A stretch of 10,021 nucleotides of DNA from Pseudomonadota bacterium (GTDB lineage Bacteria > UBA10199 > 2-02-FULL-44-16 > JBDRGF01). The notes beneath the pieces were generated by a model, which saw only the letters and a program-made list of their open reading frames with translations, did no database searches and had not been told where the DNA came from. The stretch spans positions 1 to 10,021 of the forward strand of contig JBDRGF010000110.1 of NCBI GenBank assembly GCA_043818055.1. Direction: 5' to 3'. A program made the position numbers and the translations under genes. Positions 5,336 through 10,021 of this stretch are shown here, one piece after another (position 1 is the first letter of the stretch; each line of letters starts with the position of its first letter).

Positions 5336-7768
5336 TCATTCTGGGCATGATACGACATCTTCCTTCTTGCCATATATCAAACTCAGAACTGCCGGGAATA
5401 TTATGACTGATCCGATGAGACAGGAGAACATGCCGATGTTGGCTGCGATGCCTATCGATCTTAGACCTAAGTGGCTCGCTGCTATCATGCCTGCAAAGCC
5501 GGCCATCGTCGTGACGGTAGTCAGAACTATGGCTCCGCCTGTGTAATGAACGACCTTTGAGAGGTTTTTATAGCCCTCCTCTTCGAATCTGTGGAAGAAG
5601 TGAACGCCTCCATCCACGCCCATTCCAAGCACTGCCGGCAATACGATCATATTGAAGAAGTTGAGCTTTTGCTGAGAGATCACCATAATTCCGAGCATCA
5701 TTATAAATCCAATCGTCAGAGGCAAAGCGGTAAGAATCATCTTCTTAATCGACTTGAAGTCGATCAGGAGGAGGAGAAGAACGGCTATAAAAGAGAGAAA
5801 AATCGCCCTTGCAGAATCACTAAGCATGACGCTCAAAACATCTGCAAAAATCACGGAGCTCGATACAGCATGAAAGGTACCTTTCTCGGTCGGAATATTG
5901 CGAATCTGGTCGGCGAATTGCATGGCGAGTTTACCATTTTTTAGATCGACTTCATTCTCGGCGAAAATATAGACAAGCTGATCCTTTTCGCCGGTTTCCT
6001 TTGAAGCAAAGGAATGCTTCAACGAATCCGGCAGCGCATCCATTGTAAAGGGCTTTGCAAAGGTGGATTTCTTCAGATCATCGAGATCCTCCTTCTTCTC
6101 ACCCTTGATCAGCTTTTCAATTGTTTCATCATTCAAGAGCTCCCTGATCTCTTCCATGATGGGGAGTTTCTCCTCCTGATTTTCGGGCACAAGATCGTAG
6201 AGATTCTTTGAGGCCTTGATCAGGCTGTTTTTATTTTCATCGCGGCGTTTCAGCACCGCACTCTTGACAACTCTTGCCTCCTCCTTCGAATGAACCAGGA
6301 CAACTGATGGAATAGCCTTGGAAGGATTGATTCTTCGGTAGAGCTCCTTGGCTATCCCGAGCTTTTTATCTTTGGCTGAAAAATTGGAAAAATCGTAATC
6401 GAAGTTGAGCCCAAAAGATATGGAGAGAAGAAAAATCAATAAAAGCGATCCCGAAATAAGCAGGAGTTTTTTGGGAGGAATCTTAACTATTCTGTCAAGA
6501 TACCAAGCCCTTAACTTAAATTTCTTTCTCCTCAGGAACCAAATACTCTCTTCCAACACACACATGGCGGGTAATATAGTAAGATAAGCGAAGAGGCTTA
6601 TCATGATGCCGATGCCGGCGATCAGGCCGAATTCGGAAAACCCTTTGAAGTCATTTATGGCGAGAATTAAAAAGGCAGCGGCTGTGGTGGCCCCTGCTGT
6701 GAAGGATGAACGTCCGACATGAAAAATCATAGCGTAGAGTGAATCGAAGAGCGTCCTTCCATTCTCCCTCTCTTCAGTATATCTTGAATAGAGATGTATG
6801 CCAAAATCTATTCCCAAACCGAAGAGGATGGAAAATAAAAATGCCGTCGTCATATTGAGATGACCGATGATAAGCCTTGCCAGTGCAAAATTCCAGAAAA
6901 TGCCGATCGCCAGAGGTATGCCGACAAATAGAATGGCTCGAAAGCTGAAAAAATAGGCGATTATACAGACGAGAATCAGGATTCCAGAGATGATGCCAGC
7001 GACCTTCAAATCACGAATCAGGCTCTCATACTCAACCGTGCTTGAGACTATTCCTCCGCTGTAATGTATTTTGACATCCGGATCGAAGCGCTTCGGATCA
7101 AACGCCTCTATCTTCTGTTCGAATTTTTTATAAAACTTGCTGAAGGCGGAGACATTAGCTTTCTCTTGCTTTGGCGTTACTCCCAAAACAAAGACAGTCT
7201 CCTCTTCATCCGTGATAAATTCGTTCGTCAACTTTCCCGGATAGAGAGAACGATATTTTTTCTTTAGATTGCCAAAACCCTCATCAACATCAGCATCTTC
7301 ATCCTCATCTTCCTCGAACGAGACATACAAGCTCCCCAGCTTTTCCCTCTGAATCCTGCGATCGATCTTGTCCCTCATCTCTTCAAGATCTTCAACACTT
7401 GGGAAAAGCAGCTTATGTTCATAGAAAAAGTCGTAGCCCCTCTTCTTGTAGTCGACGCTCCCGACCTCCTCATCGCTCTCAAATTCCTTCGAGAGAAGTG
7501 GCAGCATCTTTTTGATAGCATCCGGATTTTTCGTCTCAAAGATGACCATCACGTTCTTCATGGTGCCAAACTTGGCATCAACCTCATCCATGAGTTGAAC
7601 GCTTGGATAGCTTCTGGGCAGGAGTGAAGAGAAATCGGTCTGAATATTCTTAAAAAGAGCGATCGTAGGATTGATGGAAATAGAGAGCAGCACTCCCACA
7701 AGCATGAGAATGGGAATATAAAATTTAACTGCGATCTTTGTATAGAAGCGAACTATTTTTTCTAGCAT
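5336..7768 (-). CDS. MMPL/RND-family transporter (810 aa; HpnN/MmpL-like putative lipid exporter)
   Basis: Two repeats of 1 TM, large soluble loop, 5 TM. TM4 motif ILFGLGIDFGIH and TM10 motif VLGMGVDGGVH, plus TTAAAF...FKGFSEFG and TTMAGF...HLGLRSIG segments typical of MMPL domains. Substrate cannot be determined from sequence. Confidence 0.88.
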   Translation of the reverse strand: MLEKIVRFYTKIAVKFYIPILMLVGVLLSISINPTIALFKNIQTDFSSLLPRSYPSVQLMDEVDAKFGTMKNVMVIFETKNPDAIKKMLPLLSKEFESDEEVGSVDYKKRGYDFFYEHKLLFPSVEDLEEMRDKIDRRIQREKLGSLYVSFEEDEDEDADVDEGFGNLKKKYRSLYPGKLTNEFITDEEETVFVLGVTPKQEKANVSAFSKFYKKFEQKIEAFDPKRFDPDVKIHYSGGIVSSTVEYESLIRDLKVAGIISGILILVCIIAYFFSFRAILFVGIPLAIGIFWNFALARLIIGHLNMTTAFLFSILFGLGIDFGIHLYSRYTEERENGRTLFDSLYAMIFHVGRSSFTAGATTAAAFLILAINDFKGFSEFGLIAGIGIMISLFAYLTILPAMCVLEESIWFLRRKKFKLRAWYLDRIVKIPPKKLLLISGSLLLIFLLSISFGLNFDYDFSNFSAKDKKLGIAKELYRRINPSKAIPSVVLVHSKEEARVVKSAVLKRRDENKNSLIKASKNLYDLVPENQEEKLPIMEEIRELLNDETIEKLIKGEKKEDLDDLKKSTFAKPFTMDALPDSLKHSFASKETGEKDQLVYIFAENEVDLKNGKLAMQFADQIRNIPTEKGTFHAVSSSVIFADVLSVMLSDSARAIFLSFIAVLLLLLIDFKSIKKMILTALPLTIGFIMMLGIMVISQQKLNFFNMIVLPAVLGMGVDGGVHFFHRFEEEGYKNLSKVVHYTGGAIVLTTVTTMAGFAGMIAASHLGLRSIGIAANIGMFSCLIGSVIIFPAVLSLIYGKKEDVVSCPE

Positions 7769-7769
7769 A

Positions 7770-8156
7770 TCACTTTTTCTCTATCTCATCGAAAACTTTT
7801 TTTGCAATATGTCCCAACTCATCTTCCAAGAGGGGCTTTCTCAATATTTCGTCCCGTCCACCCGACATCAGAAAATCCTTCTGAAATTCCCTGACCTCGG
7901 TCGGATGGCCTGAGACCAACACAACCTGCGTGCTGGGAGATATCTCCTTTATTTTTTTACATATCTCCACACCATTCATGCGGGGAAGGATGAGATCCAC
8001 AAAAACAAGAGGTATAGCCTCTTTCTTTATGATCTCCACAGCGTCAAAACCGTTCATGACTGTTATAACATCATAACCGAGCTCCTCAAGCTCCCTCTTA
8101 TACGCCAAAATCACTATTTCATCATCATCCACGACCAGTATCTTCTTTTTCTCCAT
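7770..8156 (-). CDS. Stand-alone (single-domain) response regulator receiver protein (128 aa)
   Basis: ILVVDDD acidic pocket, phosphoacceptor D54 in VFVDLILPRMNG, S82 and K107-P108, with no output domain. AGGAGG RBS at 8167-8162 lies inside the kinase 3' end. Confidence 0.93.
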   Translation of the reverse strand: MEKKKILVVDDDEIVILAYKRELEELGYDVITVMNGFDAVEIIKKEAIPLVFVDLILPRMNGVEICKKIKEISPSTQVVLVSGHPTEVREFQKDFLMSGGRDEILRKPLLEDELGHIAKKVFDEIEKK

Positions 8157-10021
8157 GTATTCCTCCTGAGAGCGCCGGCAAAGATATTATAAACTGAGTC
8201 CCCTTGCCCAACTCGCTATTGACAGTTATCTTTCCCATATGAGCAACTATTATGCCGTGTGAAACTGAAAGGCCGAGCCCCGTTCCCTCTCCTGGTTTTT
8301 TCGAGGTGTAAAAGGGATCAAATATTTTGGATAATCGTTCCTTTTCAATTCCAGCACCCGTATCAGAAAACGACACTTCAACATATTTTTTATCATCGGA
8401 GTTTTTGGTCTTAACCGTAAACCGACCACCATCTCGCATCGCATCCCTTGCATTTGTTATGATGTTGACAAAGACCTGTTGAAGTTGCGACTTGTCTCCC
8501 AAAACTTTGAAAAGATCAACACCATAATCCTTTATGATTTCAATGCTCTGTTTGACCAGAAGATAGGAGCTAAAGCTCAAAGTCGATTCGATGACATCAT
8601 TTATGTTGAGTTCTATATATTCAAACTCGCCTTTAGACTCTCTCGCAAAAGAGTTCAGATCCTTGATAATTTTTGCCATATGCTCTGAAGCTTTTAACAT
8701 GACCCCGATATCCTGATACTCGATACTGCCGGAGTCGACTTTTTTTCTTATAACTCTCAGAAGTCCCATGAGCCCCGTCAAGGGGCTATTCAGTTCGTGT
8801 GCTACTCCAGCCGCGAGAATTCCAATGCCGGAGAGTTTTTCGGCCTGAACCAGCTGGGATTTCGTCATGTTCAAAGTATCATATGCAGTTTTAAGCTCTT
8901 CAGCCCTCTTTCTTTCGACCTGTGCGGTTGTGTTAGCAGCGATAAGTTTTTTCTCATTCTCCTCGGCGATTTTGCGCTCGGTCGTATCGCGCAATGCGAA
9001 TACAACATCCGTAATGTTACCTGAAGAGTTTTTCAATACGGCTCCCGACATGCTGACAGCAAATAAAGAACCGCTCTTTCCTGCACACGAAGTTTCAGAT
9101 TCAACAAGCTTCTCCTCTTTCAACAACACATTCCACATGCGTCCTTCAAAATCGTTTTCCCTTGGGAAAAGAATTCTTACGTTTTTACTAAGAAGCTCGC
9201 TCTTCTTAAACCCCAGCCGTTCGAGCGCTGAGCGATTGATATCCTTAATCAATCCCTCCTTATTCATTATAAAAAGCAAGTCAGTCATGGAATTTACTAT
9301 ATTATTAAAGTAATCGAGTGTCACCGTGCTATGTTTTAACTTGGATATCATTTCATTGAAGGAGTCGGCTAGTATTCCGAGTTCATCCTTTGACCGAAAT
9401 TCCACACGCTGATCGAGGTTGCCTGAGAAGGAGATATCCCTCACCCGCCGGGTCAGCCTCGTAATCGGTATGGTGATACGCCTTGAGAGAAAGAGAACCA
9501 TCATAAAAGCCAAAAGAACAACGCCTGTCGAAATAAATATGATTAGGCGCTTTGCCTTTATCGCAGAGGCGAAAAGTTCCTGACCCGACTGCAATGCCAC
9601 AACCTTCCATTGAGGCAAATCATATCCCTTACTGCCGGGTATAGCTGAAAAAGCCGCTACATCGCGATAATGACTACTTTTAAACAAATCTAAAAGACCA
9701 TGTTTATGATCAACAATCTTATTTAGTTCTTCATCAGATAACTGCATGAAAAAGACCTGACCCTTATCAGGATGTGCGACTACATTACCTGATGCATCGA
9801 CCAGCATGACATATCCGGTCTTGCCGATATGAACGGAATCGGTCACATTCCATATCTTCTTCATATTCATCTGACCCACTGCGATCCATCTGATCTTTCC
9901 CGCTCCATCCTTCACAGGTATTGCAAAAGAGACTATCAGCTTAAAGGGATTTGGAATGGATTGAACTCCTGAAATAACAATTTCACCATTTTTTGCCTTC
10001 AAATAACTCTCTCTCTTGCTC
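8125..10021 (-). CDS. Membrane-bound sensor histidine kinase, Cache-TM-HAMP-PAS-HisKA-HATPase (5' end outside the window)
   Basis: Cache-like segment IGKTGYVMLVDASGNVVAHP, TM helix, HAMP (PITRL...DELGILADSFNEM) and PAS ending in LRDTTERK. H-box GVAHELNSPL, N-box QVFVNIITNARDAM, G1 DTGAGI, F-box IFDPFYTSK and G2 GTGLGL. The frame stays open to the window edge (SKRESY before TTG 10002), so the ORF-track start is not the real one. Confidence 0.95.
   Translation of the reverse strand, partial: SKRESYLKAKNGEIVISGVQSIPNPFKLIVSFAIPVKDGAGKIRWIAVGQMNMKKIWNVTDSVHIGKTGYVMLVDASGNVVAHPDKGQVFFMQLSDEELNKIVDHKHGLLDLFKSSHYRDVAAFSAIPGSKGYDLPQWKVVALQSGQELFASAIKAKRLIIFISTGVVLLAFMMVLFLSRRITIPITRLTRRVRDISFSGNLDQRVEFRSKDELGILADSFNEMISKLKHSTVTLDYFNNIVNSMTDLLFIMNKEGLIKDINRSALERLGFKKSELLSKNVRILFPRENDFEGRMWNVLLKEEKLVESETSCAGKSGSLFAVSMSGAVLKNSSGNITDVVFALRDTTERKIAEENEKKLIAANTTAQVERKRAEELKTAYDTLNMTKSQLVQAEKLSGIGILAAGVAHELNSPLTGLMGLLRVIRKKVDSGSIEYQDIGVMLKASEHMAKIIKDLNSFARESKGEFEYIELNINDVIESTLSFSSYLLVKQSIEIIKDYGVDLFKVLGDKSQLQQVFVNIITNARDAMRDGGRFTVKTKNSDDKKYVEVSFSDTGAGIEKERLSKIFDPFYTSKKPGEGTGLGLSVSHGIIVAHMGKITVNSELGKGTQFIISLPALSGGIHGEKEDTGRG

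Noticed and set aside
3983..9610. Short alternative-frame or antisense ORFs inside the 514-aa gene, MMPL gene and kinase (e.g. 3983..4471, 5591..5944, 8867..9313)
   Set aside because: They are fully nested in longer, well-supported CDSs and have no independent evidence.
1..10021. CRISPR array, IS element, integrase, prophage or defence genes
   Set aside because: No regularly spaced repeats, terminal inverted repeats or matching protein motifs were seen, and almost all of the sequence is explained by the listed genes.

Overview
Bacterial chromosomal segment, probably a contig end. Gene order and protein style suggest a deltaproteobacterial-type (Myxococcota/Desulfobacterota/Bdellovibrionota-like) genome, which is an inference. 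The left half is a conserved housekeeping operon on the minus strand, gap-pgk-tpiA-secG-tRNA-Leu(GAG), with a good sigma70-like promoter (TTGACG-N16-TATACT). The first ~125 nt look like degraded base calls (homopolymer smearing) that corrupt the tRNA 3' end. Divergent from gap is a 514-aa membrane-anchored, cysteine-rich protein I cannot assign to a family. It converges on a tightly coupled minus-strand cluster: a dCache-HAMP-PAS histidine kinase (5'-truncated by the window), a stand-alone receiver protein and an MMPL/RND-family transporter. I see no mobile element, CRISPR array or clearly new system. The best leads are the zero-gap in-frame pgk-TAA-GTG-tpiA junction, the Cys-rich exported protein and the kinase/receiver/MMPL module.
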